Of a DNA stretch of 64,000 nt, positions 1 through 9,513 are shown piece by piece; the stretch's first letter is position 1; each line of letters opens with the position of its first letter. The notes beneath the pieces were generated by a model. It ran no database searches, was not told where the DNA came from, and was given only the letters and a program-made list of their open reading frames with translations. Origin of the DNA: an uncultured delta proteobacterium (lineage in GTDB: Bacteria > Desulfobacterota > Binatia > DP-6); contig CAWFFN010000012.1 of assembly GCA_963815115.1 (NCBI GenBank), positions 543,260 to 607,259 of the forward strand. Direction: 5' to 3'. The position numbers and the translations under genes were made by a program.

Positions 1-176
1 AGGCGGCGCTCGTCGGTGTCGCGCTCCGCAAAGCGCTCCCGGTAGTCGTGCAGGGAGATCAGGACAGCCGCGGGCTGCCGGCCGCGCTGGACCAGGATCG
101 GCGCACCGCCACGTTCCAGTCGCCGTAGCACCCGACCGAGCGACTGGCGCAGCTCGAGGGCGTTCACGGACTTCAT
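1..176 (-). CDS. Phd/YefM-like type II antitoxin, N-terminal part; the gene continues beyond the window start
   Basis: ATG at 176 on the minus strand. Translation MKSVNALELRQSLGRVLRRLERGGAPILVQRGRQPAAVLISLHDYRERFAE fits the Phd/YefM N-terminal pattern (ARxxLxxxLxxVxxGExVxITRRGKPVAVLVS). TTGACA-N19-TATGTC lies directly upstream on the minus strand. Confidence 0.45.
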   Translation of the reverse strand, partial: MKSVNALELRQSLGRVLRRLERGGAPILVQRGRQPAAVLISLHDYRERFAERDTDERR

Positions 177-220
177 AAGCCTGACATAGGGCTTGCACAC
201 AGCCGGGTGTCAACGTGCTG

Positions 221-1078
221 TCAGCCAGGCGGCGGCCCCGGAAACTGCGGCAGGTCATCGTCGATGTCGAACCACGACGCCTTCGAGTCGACGAAGATGT
301 GTCGTTCGGGCCGGACGCCGGGATCGTCGTCGAGCGCGCCCATCGGGACGACCGCGATGTTCCGCTCGCGATCGAAGCGCGGCAGCTTCGAGCCGCAGCG
401 ACGGCAGAAGACGCTCGAGAAGAACCGAGCCTCCGGGACCTTGTACGACTCGAGCAGCTCCTCGCCGGCGGTGATGCGCACGCCGTCGAAGCTGGTGAAG
501 AGGTTCGACCCGTGGGCGGCGCCGCGCGCCTTGCGGCAGCGCTGGCAGTGACAGTTCTGGACGCGCAGCGGCTCGCCCTCGATGACGAAGGTGACCCCGC
601 CGCAGAGGCAGCTCCCGCGCGGCTTGCCGGTGGCGCCGGCGCGGGGAGGGATGTCGGGCAGCACTGCGGTGTCGACGCCCGGGGGGTAGGCCTCCCAGGT
701 CGGCAGCCCCGGCGGGATGTCGTACCAGGGCGCCTTCGAGCCGACGAAGATGTGTCCCATCGGCCGGATGCCGGGATCGTCGTCGAGCGCGCCCGCAGGC
801 AGGAAGAGCTTGCCCTCCCACGGCTTCGTGTCGTCCGGAACGGGAGAGCCGCACCGCCCGCAGAAGGCGCGCGAGAGGCTCGGCGACGACTCGTAGCGCG
901 CGATCCGGTCGCGACCCCGGGTGAAGCGGAAGTCGGCGGCGTCGCACATGACCTCGGTCGAGAACGCCGACCCGTGCGCCTTGCGGCAGCGGGAGCAATG
1001 GCAATGGGACATGAACTCGAGCGGCCCGGCGTTCTCCCACGCCACGTCGCCGCAGAGACAGCTGCCGTGAACCGTCAC
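221..1078 (-). CDS. GFA-family (glutathione-dependent formaldehyde-activating / CENP-V-like) protein with two tandem GFA domains
   Basis: GTG start at 1078 preceded by GGAGGGG. Both domains carry the Cys motifs (GSCLCG...HCHCSRC and GSCLCGG...NCHCQRCRK). The start overlaps the rpiA stop by 4 nt (GTGA). The long ORF upstream of the GTG is low-complexity Arg/Gly and overlaps rpiA. Confidence 0.7.
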   Translation of the reverse strand: MTVHGSCLCGDVAWENAGPLEFMSHCHCSRCRKAHGSAFSTEVMCDAADFRFTRGRDRIARYESSPSLSRAFCGRCGSPVPDDTKPWEGKLFLPAGALDDDPGIRPMGHIFVGSKAPWYDIPPGLPTWEAYPPGVDTAVLPDIPPRAGATGKPRGSCLCGGVTFVIEGEPLRVQNCHCQRCRKARGAAHGSNLFTSFDGVRITAGEELLESYKVPEARFFSSVFCRRCGSKLPRFDRERNIAVVPMGALDDDPGVRPERHIFVDSKASWFDIDDDLPQFPGPPPG

Positions 1079-1797
1079 GATGCCCCTCCTTCCCGTGTGC
1101 GAACCTCGACGCGGCCGTCCGGATGGCCGACCAGCACGCGTTCGGCCGTGCCGAGGAAGAGTCCCGTGTCGACCACGCCGGGGATGGCGAGGATCGCGGT
1201 CTCGAGCTTCCGCGCCGCCGCGCCGTCGGCGAGCGCCTCGCGTGGCGCGCAGTCGAGGGTGAAGTTGCCGTTGTCGGTGCAGAACGGGGCGCCGTCGGCT
1301 CCGGGGCGAACGGTCGGCGTGAGCCCGAGCGCCCGCAGCTCGCGGGACACCAGACCGCGCGCCAGCGGAATCACCTCGACGGGGATGCGGCCGCGCTGTC
1401 CGAGTCGCTCGACGAGCTTCTCGGGACCCACCAGGATGACCTGCCGTCGCGACGCCGCCGCGACGATGCGCTCGCGCACCAGCGCGCCGCCCCATCCCTT
1501 CACCAGGTCGAGGTTGGGCGCCACCTCGTCGGCGCCGTCGACGGTGAGGTCGAGAATCACGTTCTCGTCGAGATCGATCATCGCGATGCCGAGGGCCTCG
1601 GCCTGCCTCGCCGTGGCCTCCGAGGTCGCTGCACCGACGACGCGCAGGCCCTGACGCACGCGGGCGCCCAGCTCGTCCACGAACGCCGCGGCGGCCCGGC
1701 CCGTGCCGAGACCCACCTTGGCGCCGTCGGTCACCATCGCGGCGGCCTGGCGAGCGACGGCGAGCACGGCGGGGTCCGGCGTCGCGGCTGGCGGCAT
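1075..1797 (-). CDS. rpiA: ribose-5-phosphate isomerase A
   Basis: 240 aa. KVGLGTGRAAAAFVDELG aligns with the RpiA GxGTGST motif, with the typical VDGADE and GGALxRE motifs and a C-terminal PGVV-TGLF. Confidence 0.85.
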   Translation of the reverse strand: MPPAATPDPAVLAVARQAAAMVTDGAKVGLGTGRAAAAFVDELGARVRQGLRVVGAATSEATARQAEALGIAMIDLDENVILDLTVDGADEVAPNLDLVKGWGGALVRERIVAAASRRQVILVGPEKLVERLGQRGRIPVEVIPLARGLVSRELRALGLTPTVRPGADGAPFCTDNGNFTLDCAPREALADGAAARKLETAILAIPGVVDTGLFLGTAERVLVGHPDGRVEVRTREGGAS

Positions 1798-2052
1798 GCG
1801 GTTCTCTTTAGCCTGCCTGCAGAGCCAGTACAGCCTCTCGAAACACCCGGCCGCCCGGCTCGGCGGGCTGGGCTGCTCCTCCAGAGCGGCGCCGGTGGTG
1901 GGGTTGCACGCTTCGAACGCTGCGCCACGCCGGCCACCACCGCGAGTTCCGTTGCTCCCGCGTACGCGCGCTTCTGCGCTTGCCAGTGAGGGCCGTATCG
2001 ACGCAAGGAGGTCCGCGCGGGTCGAGTCTCTGCCGAAGAGGTGCCGCGGCCG

Positions 2053-4587
2053 CTACCGCGCCCACAGGATCTGCGCCGCCTCCAGCGGCACAATCGCCCC
2101 GGGGTGGTCCGGAATCACCCGCGGCGTCCAGTCGCTCGCCGGTCGCGTCGCGGCGATGCGAGCGGTGAACACGTAGCCGTTTGCGTTTCCCTCGATACGA
2201 CCCGCCCGCGTCATCGCGACCAGCTCGGGCGGCCCGCCGTTGCGGCCGTCGGCGTACAGCTCGACGCGTACGGCGTCCGGGGGCAGCGTCCCGAGCTGCA
2301 CGCCGACGCGATAGACGTGCGAGTCGCCGTCGCGCTCGACGTGCGTCTCGCCGTAGCGGACGCCGTGCCAGCCCTCGGCGAGCGCGTGTTGCCAGGCGAC
2401 CAGCGCGGAGCCGGCCGCGCCGCGGTCCGCCGCCCGGGCGCGGTAGCGCGCCGCTGCCGGCAGGTAGTAGCCCTCGGTGTACTCGCGCACCGCGCGGCTG
2501 GCGGAGAAGCGCGGCGTGAGCTCGGCCATGCTCCGGCGCATGCGGGCGATCCAGGCGGTCGGCACGCCATCGGCGCCACGCTGGTAGAAGTCGGGTACGA
2601 CCTGCCGCTCCAGGATCTCGTAGAGGGCCTGCGCCTCGCTCGCGTCCCACGCGGGATCGTCGCCGTGCTCGCGACCGTCGCCGAGCGCCCAGCCGACCTC
2701 CGCCGAGTACGCCTCCGCCCACCAGCCGTCCAGCTCGGAGAGGTTGAGGCCACCGTTCACCAGCACCTTCATGCCGCTCGTGCCGCACGCCTCCCAGGGG
2801 CGGCGCGGCGTGTTGATCCAGACGTCCACCCCCTGCACGAGCTGCTCGGCGAGCAGCATGTCGTAGTCGGCGAGGAACACGACCGAGCGCGCGACCTCGG
2901 GCCGGCGCGTGAACTCGATCCACTGCTTCACCATGAGCTGCCCCGCCGTGTCCGCCGGGTGCGCCTTGCCCGCCACCGCGAGCTGCACCGGGCGGTCGGG
3001 GTCGGTGAGGAGCCGCACGAGGCGGTCGGGATCGTGCAGCAGGAGATTGGGCCTCTTGTAGGTCGCGAAGCGTCGCGCGAAGCCGAGCGTCAGCGCGTCG
3101 GACCGGAAGACCTGCGCCACCTCCTGCACCTCGGCCGCCGTCGCCCCGGTGGCGGCGCGCTGGCGCGACAATCGGTAGCGCACGTCTGCGACCAGCGCAG
3201 CGCGATTCGCGTTCCGCAGCCCCCACAGATCGGCGTCGCGGACCGACTTGAGGGAGTCCGCCGGTGCGCCCTCGGGCGCGTCGACCCAGCGATTCTTGCC
3301 GCACGCGCGCGTCCAGAGGTCGTCGGCGGCCGCCGAATCCCAGCTCGGGGCGTGAACGCCGTTGGTGACGTAGCCGATCGGGATCTCGTCTCGGGGCCAG
3401 CGCGGGAACAGCGACTGGAAGATGCTGCGGCTCACCTGGCCGTGCAGACGGCTGACACCGTTGACCGCGGTGCTGCACCGCATCGCGAGGAGCGCCATGT
3501 TGAAGGCCTCGGAGGCATCGTCGGGACGCTCGCGGCCGAGCGCCAGGAGCTGCTCCACGGGGATGCCGAGTCCCTTGCGCGCGTAGCCGTCGAGCGCCCG
3601 CGCCACGAGGTCGGGCGCGAAGCGGTCGAACCCGGCGGCGACGGGCGTGTGCGTGGTGAACACGTTGCCGCCGCGGGTGACGGCGAGCGCCACGTCGAAT
3701 GGCTGGCCGGTCGTCTCCATGAAGTCGCGCGCCCGCTCCAGGACCGCGAACGCCGCGTGTCCTTCGTTCAGATGGCACACGTCGGGGTGCAGGCCGAGCC
3801 GGCGCAGCAGATGCCAGCCGCCGATGCCGAGCGCGATCTCCTGGATCAGCCGGAGCGCCGGGCCGCCGCCGTACAGCTCGCTGGTGATGCCGCGGTCGGC
3901 GGGGGTGTTGGCCGGGTCGTTCGAGTCGAGGAGATAGAGCGTCGTCCTGCCCACGCGCGCCTGCCAGGCACGCAGCCAGACTCGGCGCCCCCGCGTGGTC
4001 ACCTGGAGGCGGAGCCATTCGCCGTCGGGCTCCCGCACCGGCGTGATGGGAAGGAAGGTCGGCTGGTTCGGCGGGTAGAGCGCGCGCTGCGAGCCGTCGG
4101 GTTCGATGACCTGCCGGAAGTAGCCCTCCTGGTAGAGGAGCCCGACGCCGACCACCGGCACGCCGAGATCGTGCGCCGCCTTCAGCTGATCGCCGGCGAC
4201 GTTGCCGAGGCCGCCCGAGTAGATCGGGAGCGCCTCGCTCAGTCCGAACTCCATGCTGAAGTAGGCGACGCACCCGAGCGGCGCCTCCGGCTGCGTGCGC
4301 TGGAACCAGGCTGGAGCGGTGAGGTAGCTGCGGCGTCCCGCGACCAGCGCTTCGAGTCGGCTCCGGAAGGCCGGGTCGCGCAGGGCGTCTTCCAGCCGGG
4401 TCCGGGCGACGGTCTGCAGCACGAGCCACGGATTGTGGGTGAGCGCCCACAGCTCGGCGTCGAGCTGGCCCCACAGCTCGTCGGCGGAGTGCTCCCAGGT
4501 GGAGCGCAGGTCGAGCGCCAGCTCGACGAGCTGCTCGATGCCTGGCACGTCGGCGTGAGGCCAGTAGGGGGCGAGCGGGCGGTCCAT
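2053..4587 (-). CDS. glgP: alpha-glucan (glycogen/maltodextrin) phosphorylase, GT35 family
   Basis: 844 aa from the ATG at 4587 with GGAGGG as RBS. Motifs YFSMEFGL, GGLGNVAGDQLKAA, TTHTPVAAG and the EACGTSGMK pyridoxal-phosphate lysine motif are present. The 1218-aa ORF in the track has a spurious N-terminal extension. Confidence 0.9.
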   Translation of the reverse strand: MDRPLAPYWPHADVPGIEQLVELALDLRSTWEHSADELWGQLDAELWALTHNPWLVLQTVARTRLEDALRDPAFRSRLEALVAGRRSYLTAPAWFQRTQPEAPLGCVAYFSMEFGLSEALPIYSGGLGNVAGDQLKAAHDLGVPVVGVGLLYQEGYFRQVIEPDGSQRALYPPNQPTFLPITPVREPDGEWLRLQVTTRGRRVWLRAWQARVGRTTLYLLDSNDPANTPADRGITSELYGGGPALRLIQEIALGIGGWHLLRRLGLHPDVCHLNEGHAAFAVLERARDFMETTGQPFDVALAVTRGGNVFTTHTPVAAGFDRFAPDLVARALDGYARKGLGIPVEQLLALGRERPDDASEAFNMALLAMRCSTAVNGVSRLHGQVSRSIFQSLFPRWPRDEIPIGYVTNGVHAPSWDSAAADDLWTRACGKNRWVDAPEGAPADSLKSVRDADLWGLRNANRAALVADVRYRLSRQRAATGATAAEVQEVAQVFRSDALTLGFARRFATYKRPNLLLHDPDRLVRLLTDPDRPVQLAVAGKAHPADTAGQLMVKQWIEFTRRPEVARSVVFLADYDMLLAEQLVQGVDVWINTPRRPWEACGTSGMKVLVNGGLNLSELDGWWAEAYSAEVGWALGDGREHGDDPAWDASEAQALYEILERQVVPDFYQRGADGVPTAWIARMRRSMAELTPRFSASRAVREYTEGYYLPAAARYRARAADRGAAGSALVAWQHALAEGWHGVRYGETHVERDGDSHVYRVGVQLGTLPPDAVRVELYADGRNGGPPELVAMTRAGRIEGNANGYVFTARIAATRPASDWTPRVIPDHPGAIVPLEAAQILWAR

Positions 4588-4595
4588 ACGCGAAG

Positions 4596-6250
4596 TCAGC
4601 CCTCCACCACGGCGAAGGCCTCCCGGAGGATCGCGTCCGCGTCCTCCTGGATGCGGCGGAGGTGATCGGGACCGCGGAAGCTCTCGGCGTAGACCTTGTT
4701 CACGTCCTCGGTCCCCGACGGGCGGGCGGCGAACCAGCCGTGCTCGGCGATCACCTTGACGCCGCCGATCGGCGCGCCGTTGCCCGGTGCGGTGGAGAGG
4801 ACCCGCTGGATGGGCTCGCCGCCGAGCTGCCGCGCGCGCACGTGCTCCGGCGCCAGCGTGCCGAGCGCGGCCTTCTGCTCGGGCGTCGCGGGCGAGTCGG
4901 TGCGCTCGTACGCAGGCTCGCCGAACTCCCGCGTGAGCTCGCGCCAGTGCTCGCCGGGATCGCGACCCGTCCTGGCGGTGATCTCGGCGGCGAGCAGGCA
5001 CGGGATGATGCCATCCTTGTCCGTCGTCCAGACCGTGCCGTCGCGCCGCAGGAACGACGCGCCCGCGCTCTCCTCGCCGGCGAAGCCGAACCCGCCGTCG
5101 AGCAGGCCCTCGACGAACCACTTGAACCCCACCGGCACCTCGACCAGCCGGCGGCCGAGCTTCGCGGCGACGCGGTCGATCATGCCGCTCGACACCACGG
5201 TCTTGCCGACGGCGGCCTTCGCCGGCCAGCCGGGCCGGTTCGCGAACAGGTACGCGATGGCAACGCTCAGGTAGTGGTTCGGATTCAGCAGCCCCTCGCT
5301 CCGGCTGACGATGCCGTGGCGATCGGCATCGGTGTCGCACGCGAAAGCGACGTCGAAGCGGTCCTTCAGCTCGACCAGGCGCGCCATGGCCCAGGGTGAC
5401 GACGGATCCATGCGGATCTTGCCGTCCCAGTCGACGGTCATGAAGCGGAAGGTCGGATCGACCGCGCGGTTCACCACCTCGAGCCGCAGCCCGTAGCGCT
5501 CGGCGATCGCGTCCCAGTAAGCCACGCTGGCGCCGCCGAGCGGATCCACGCCCAGGCGGACGCTCGCGCCGCGGACGGCGTCGAGGTCCACCACGGTGCC
5601 GAGGGAGCCGACGTAGGTCTCGAGATAGTCGTGCGGGTGCGTGGTCGCCGCCTTGCGCGCGCGCTGCGTACGGGATGCGCCGCACGCCGCGCAGGCCCTC
5701 CGCCAGCAAGCGCGTTCGCCTGCTCCTGGATCCACCCGGTCACGCTCGTGTCGGCCGGGCCGGCCTCCGGCGGGTTGTACTTGAAGCCGCCGTCGGTGGG
5801 CGGGTTGTGCGACGGCGTGATCACGATGCCGTCGGCGCGACCGGTGGTGCGACCGCGGTTGTAGGTGAGGATGGCGTGCGAGATCACCGGGGTCGGCGTG
5901 TAGCCGGCGGTCCGGTCGACCATGACCTCGACCTCGTGTGCGGCCAGGACCTCGAGGGCGCTCGCGAACGCGGGCTCGGAGAGGGCGTGCGTGTCGATGC
6001 CGATGAAGAGCGGGCCGTCGGTGCCCTCCTTGGCGCGATGGCGGCAGATGGCCTCGGTGGTGGCGAGGATGTGGGCCTCGTTGAAGGCGACGTCGAAGGA
6101 CGAGCCGCGGTGGCCCGAGGTGCCGAACGAGACGCGCTGCGCGGGCACCGCGGGATCGGGCTGGCCCGTGTAGTACGCGGTCACCAGCCGCGGCACGTTG
6201 ACCAGCAGCGCGGGGTCGGCCGGCTTGCCGGCCAGCGGGCTCGTCGCCAT
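4596..6250 (-). pseudogene. pgm: phosphoglucomutase (alpha-D-glucose phosphate-specific) reading through three frames; two apparent +1 frameshifts near 5640-5710
   Basis: N-terminal frame (ATG 6250): [13 protein letters not shown]...FGTSGHRG...[29 protein letters not shown]. Middle frame: [20 protein letters not shown], matching E. coli LADGLKGVKRISLDEA. C-terminal frame: [14 protein letters not shown]...GVDPLGG...[15 protein letters not shown]...GEESAG... to the stop at 4596. The 1655 nt span is not a multiple of 3. Confidence 0.8.
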
Positions 6251-6254
6251 GACC

Positions 6255-6383
6255 TCAGTCCGCCCACACCGGGTCGCGCAGCGGGTTGTCCTGCAGGTGG
6301 ATCTGCCCGACCACCAGGTAGTTGGCGGCGTCCCAGTACGCCTGCATGCGGGCGAGCTGCACCTCGGAAAGCGGACCTGCCAT
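6255..6383 (-). CDS. 42-codon ORF with a strong RBS, encoding an N-terminal relic of phosphoketolase (Xfp)
   Basis: [42 protein letters not shown] matches the Xfp N-terminus (...[27 protein letters not shown]). GAGGAGAACG-ATG RBS. It lies in the 161 bp gap between the tkt stop and the pgm start, so there is no room for a full 800-aa Xfp. Confidence 0.5.
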   Translation of the reverse strand: MAGPLSEVQLARMQAYWDAANYLVVGQIHLQDNPLRDPVWAD

Positions 6384-6411
6384 CGTTCTCCTCGGGGGTT
6401 CTCCGGGCGGG

Positions 6412-8490
6412 CTACTTCGTGGCGCGCGCGCGGGCGAGCTGCTCTCGTGCCGCCTCGAGCACGCGGTCGGGAGTGAAGCCGAACTTCTTGAGGAGCTGCT
6501 TGAGCGGCGCCGAGGCACCGAAGGTGTGCATGCCGATGCTCTCCCCGTGGGTTCCCACGTAGCGGCTCCAGCCGAGCGTCGACGCCTGCTCGACCGAGAC
6601 GCGCGCGGTGACCTCCGGCGGCAGGACCGAGTCGCGGTACTCCTGCGGCTGGCGGTCGAACAGCTCGAGGCACGGCATGCTGACCACGCGCGCCCGCACG
6701 CCCTCCTTGACGAGCTGCTCGTAGGCGCCGACGCACAGGCTCACCTCGCTCCCGGTGGCGAGCAGCAGGACCTCCGGCTGGCCGCCCGGGGCGTCCGCGA
6801 GCACGTAGGCTCCCCGCGCGACCCCCGACGCGGCCGCGTAGCGCGTGCGATCGAGCGTGGGCAGCGCCTGGCGGCTGAGGATCATCGCGACCGGCTCGTG
6901 CCGCAGCTGCATGACGGTGCGCCAGGCCTCGACCACCTCGTTGGCATCCGCGGGCCGGATGGTGAGCAGCCCCGGGATGGCGCGCAGGGACGCCAGGTGC
7001 TCGACCGGCTGGTGCGTAGGACCGTCCTCGCCCACACCGATCGAATCGTGGGTGAAGATGAAGATGACCGGGATCTCCATGAGCGCCGCCAGCCGGATGG
7101 TGGGCCGGCAGTAGTCGCTGAAGATCAGGAATCCCGACCCGAACGGACGGACCTTGGTGAGCGCCATGCCGTTCACGATCGCACCCATGGCGTTCTCGCG
7201 GATGCCGAAGTGGAAATTCCGGCCGCCGGGGTCCGCGGCGGAGAGATCGCCGGCCCCTTCGAAGGTGAGGCGGGTCTTCGTCGACGGCGACAGGTCGGCG
7301 GCGCCGCCGAGCAGCCACGGCACGTGCTGCGCGAGCGTGTTGAGCACCTTGCCCGAGGACTCGCGGCTGCCGAGCCCCTTGGCATCGGTCGGGAACGGCG
7401 CCAGGCCCGCGTCCCAGCCCGCGGGCAGCTCGCGGCGCTGCATGCGTTGCATCTGATCGGCCAGGTCCGGGAACTGCGCCCGGTACGCCTCGACCTTGTC
7501 GGCCCAGGCTTCGCGGAGCCCGCGCCCGCGCCTGCCCACGCCGGCGGCGAAGTGCTCGCGCACGCCGTCGGGGACGAGGAACTGCGCGTCCTCGGGCCAG
7601 CCGTAGGATCGCTTGGCCAGCCGCACTTCCTCCTCACCCAGCGGCTCGCCGTGAGCGGCGCTGGTGTCCTGCTTGTGGGGCGCGCCGTAGCCGATGTGGC
7701 TGTCCACGATGAGCAGCGTCGGCCGGTCGGTCGTGCGCTTGAAAGTGGCAAAGGCGCGCTCGAGCATGTCGAGGTCGTTGGCGTCGCCCACGCGTACCAC
7801 GTTCCACCCGTATGCCAGGAAGCGGCAGGCGACGTCGTCGCTGAATGTGAGATCCGTGTGACCTTCTATGGTCACGTGGTTGTTGTCGTAGATCCAGCAC
7901 AGGTTCGGGATGCGCAGGTGGCCGGCGAACGACGCGGCCTCGTTCGAGATGCCCTCCATCATGCAGCCGTCGCCGCACAGCGCGTAGACGTCGAAGTCGA
8001 AGAGGTCGAAGCCGGGCCGGTTGAAGTGCCGCGCCATCCAGCGCCCGGCGACGGCCATGCCGACGCTGTTGGAGACGCCCTGGCCGAGCGGCCCGGTGGT
8101 GCACTCGACCCCGGAGACGATGTGGTACTCCGGGTGACCCGGGCAGCGGCTGCCGAGCTGGCGGAAGCTCTTGATGTCGTCGAGCGACACGGAGGGTTGG
8201 CCGAGCACCTCGTAGTCGGGATCGACGGCCTGCACCCCGGTCAGGTGAAGCAGGGAGTAGAGGAGCATGGACGCGTGACCCGCGGAGAGCACGAACCGGT
8301 CTCGGTTGGGCCAGATCGGATCGCTCGGGTCGAAGCGCAGGAAGCGCTGCCAGAGACAGTACGCCACGGGCGCCATGCCCATGGGCGTGCCGGGGTGACC
8401 GGACTCGGCCTTCTGGACGGCGTCGATGCAGAGGGTGCGAATCGTGTTGACGCACAGCCGGTCGAGGTCGTGCGGATCGCTCTGGGGCAC
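6412..8490 (-). CDS. tkt: transketolase
   Basis: 692 aa from a GTG start at 8490 with GGGAGGG as [22 protein letters not shown] (the TPP-binding GHPG motif), [13 protein letters not shown] and the C-terminal domain are all present. Confidence 0.9.
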   Translation of the reverse strand: MPQSDPHDLDRLCVNTIRTLCIDAVQKAESGHPGTPMGMAPVAYCLWQRFLRFDPSDPIWPNRDRFVLSAGHASMLLYSLLHLTGVQAVDPDYEVLGQPSVSLDDIKSFRQLGSRCPGHPEYHIVSGVECTTGPLGQGVSNSVGMAVAGRWMARHFNRPGFDLFDFDVYALCGDGCMMEGISNEAASFAGHLRIPNLCWIYDNNHVTIEGHTDLTFSDDVACRFLAYGWNVVRVGDANDLDMLERAFATFKRTTDRPTLLIVDSHIGYGAPHKQDTSAAHGEPLGEEEVRLAKRSYGWPEDAQFLVPDGVREHFAAGVGRRGRGLREAWADKVEAYRAQFPDLADQMQRMQRRELPAGWDAGLAPFPTDAKGLGSRESSGKVLNTLAQHVPWLLGGAADLSPSTKTRLTFEGAGDLSAADPGGRNFHFGIRENAMGAIVNGMALTKVRPFGSGFLIFSDYCRPTIRLAALMEIPVIFIFTHDSIGVGEDGPTHQPVEHLASLRAIPGLLTIRPADANEVVEAWRTVMQLRHEPVAMILSRQALPTLDRTRYAAASGVARGAYVLADAPGGQPEVLLLATGSEVSLCVGAYEQLVKEGVRARVVSMPCLELFDRQPQEYRDSVLPPEVTARVSVEQASTLGWSRYVGTHGESIGMHTFGASAPLKQLLKKFGFTPDRVLEAAREQLARARATK

Positions 8491-8758
8491 GTCGAGCCCT
8501 CCCGGGCCGGTTACTTGGGAGTCGACCGGCGGTCGCGCGCGACGCTCGAGCCGGCGACGAACTCGGGAGCGAACCGGACGCTCCCCAGTCGGCGTGCCCC
8601 GGGGACTCGGGGCAAACCATGGCGTCTCAGCACTGGAACGACCATGGCGAGATGCTCGCTGCTCGCGCGAGGCACCTTCTCCGCAACCGGCACCCGTCCA
8701 CGTCCATCCATGGTGGTGAACGCACCTGCTATACCAGATTCCCGAGGCGCGCCACCGG

Positions 8759-9454
8759 TCAGGACTTGGCGGGTGCGGGGCGGGTCGCCGCGCGTAGCGC
8801 CTCCAGCTCCCAGCCTACGAGCTCGCCGATGCGCTCGAGGGTGACGTCGGGCGACGGCTGGCCGGCGAGCGCCGCCGCGTCGTGTGCGTAGTGTCCCTGA
8901 CGCGGGAACACCGTGGTGACCCGCTCGCTCCAGTGGGCCTTGATGGCGGTGCAGAGCCGCGGCTTGTCGTCCACGAAGACGTAGTGCTCCGCCGGAAAGC
9001 GCGCCTCGACGTCGGCCAGCTCGAGCTCCTTGTGGACGTAGATCAGGACGTTGCCCTCGACCGCCTCGAACAGCCCCGAGTGCTGCACCTTGAGAGGCTG
9101 GAACACGACGTCGCCGTCGGAGAGGATGGCCACCGGTCCCCAGGAGCGCGCGTGCTCGATCGCGTCGAGCGACCCCGGAAACAGCCGATTGGCGAACGCG
9201 TAGCCCAGCAGGAAGGTCGAGACCGCGAGCAGGTGGGGGCGGTGCGGATCCTCGATCCGGAAGCGCTGCAGGGCGCCGAGGTAGTCGGCGTAGCCGAGCT
9301 CCTGGCGGAGCTGCTCGAAGAGCTCCCAGTAGCGCTTCTGCTGGTCCTCGCCGACGGTTCGCCCGAGGTGGCGGCGCATGTCGGCGACGATGTGGTCGTT
9401 GTCGAGCAGCGTGTTGTCGACGTCGAAGAGCGTCACCACCGCGGAACGCGACAT
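8759..9454 (-). CDS. HAD-superfamily hydrolase
   Basis: N-terminal FDVDNTLLD is the DxDxT motif I. Motifs II-IV (ILSDGD, VFVDDKP) are present. Confidence 0.75.
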   Translation of the reverse strand: MSRSAVVTLFDVDNTLLDNDHIVADMRRHLGRTVGEDQQKRYWELFEQLRQELGYADYLGALQRFRIEDPHRPHLLAVSTFLLGYAFANRLFPGSLDAIEHARSWGPVAILSDGDVVFQPLKVQHSGLFEAVEGNVLIYVHKELELADVEARFPAEHYVFVDDKPRLCTAIKAHWSERVTTVFPRQGHYAHDAAALAGQPSPDVTLERIGELVGWELEALRAATRPAPAKS

Positions 9455-9513
9455 CGAGCGCTCTACAGCACAGCCCGCGCCCTCGCGCTACCCCCCGACC
9501 CGCGCGCCGGCGG

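Noticed and set aside
1808-4665. Long ORFs 1808..4474(-) and 2041..4665(+), each over 850 aa, overlapping glgP
   Set aside because: The translations are Arg/Gly/Ala low-complexity with no motifs. glgP in the other frame has clear GT35 motifs and an RBS. These are typical high-GC antisense or shifted-frame artefacts.
8491-8758. Structured RNA or riboswitch in the 268-nt tkt 5' region
   Set aside because: Only weak hexamers could be recognised (GGGAGGG SD, TATAGC-like box). Nothing supports it without a covariance search.
6322-8844. 840-aa plus-strand ORF across tkt, and the 5471..7318(-) extension upstream of pgm
   Set aside because: Antisense or off-frame to a strongly supported transketolase. 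The pgm ORF upstream of the ATG at 6250 runs inside tkt in another frame.
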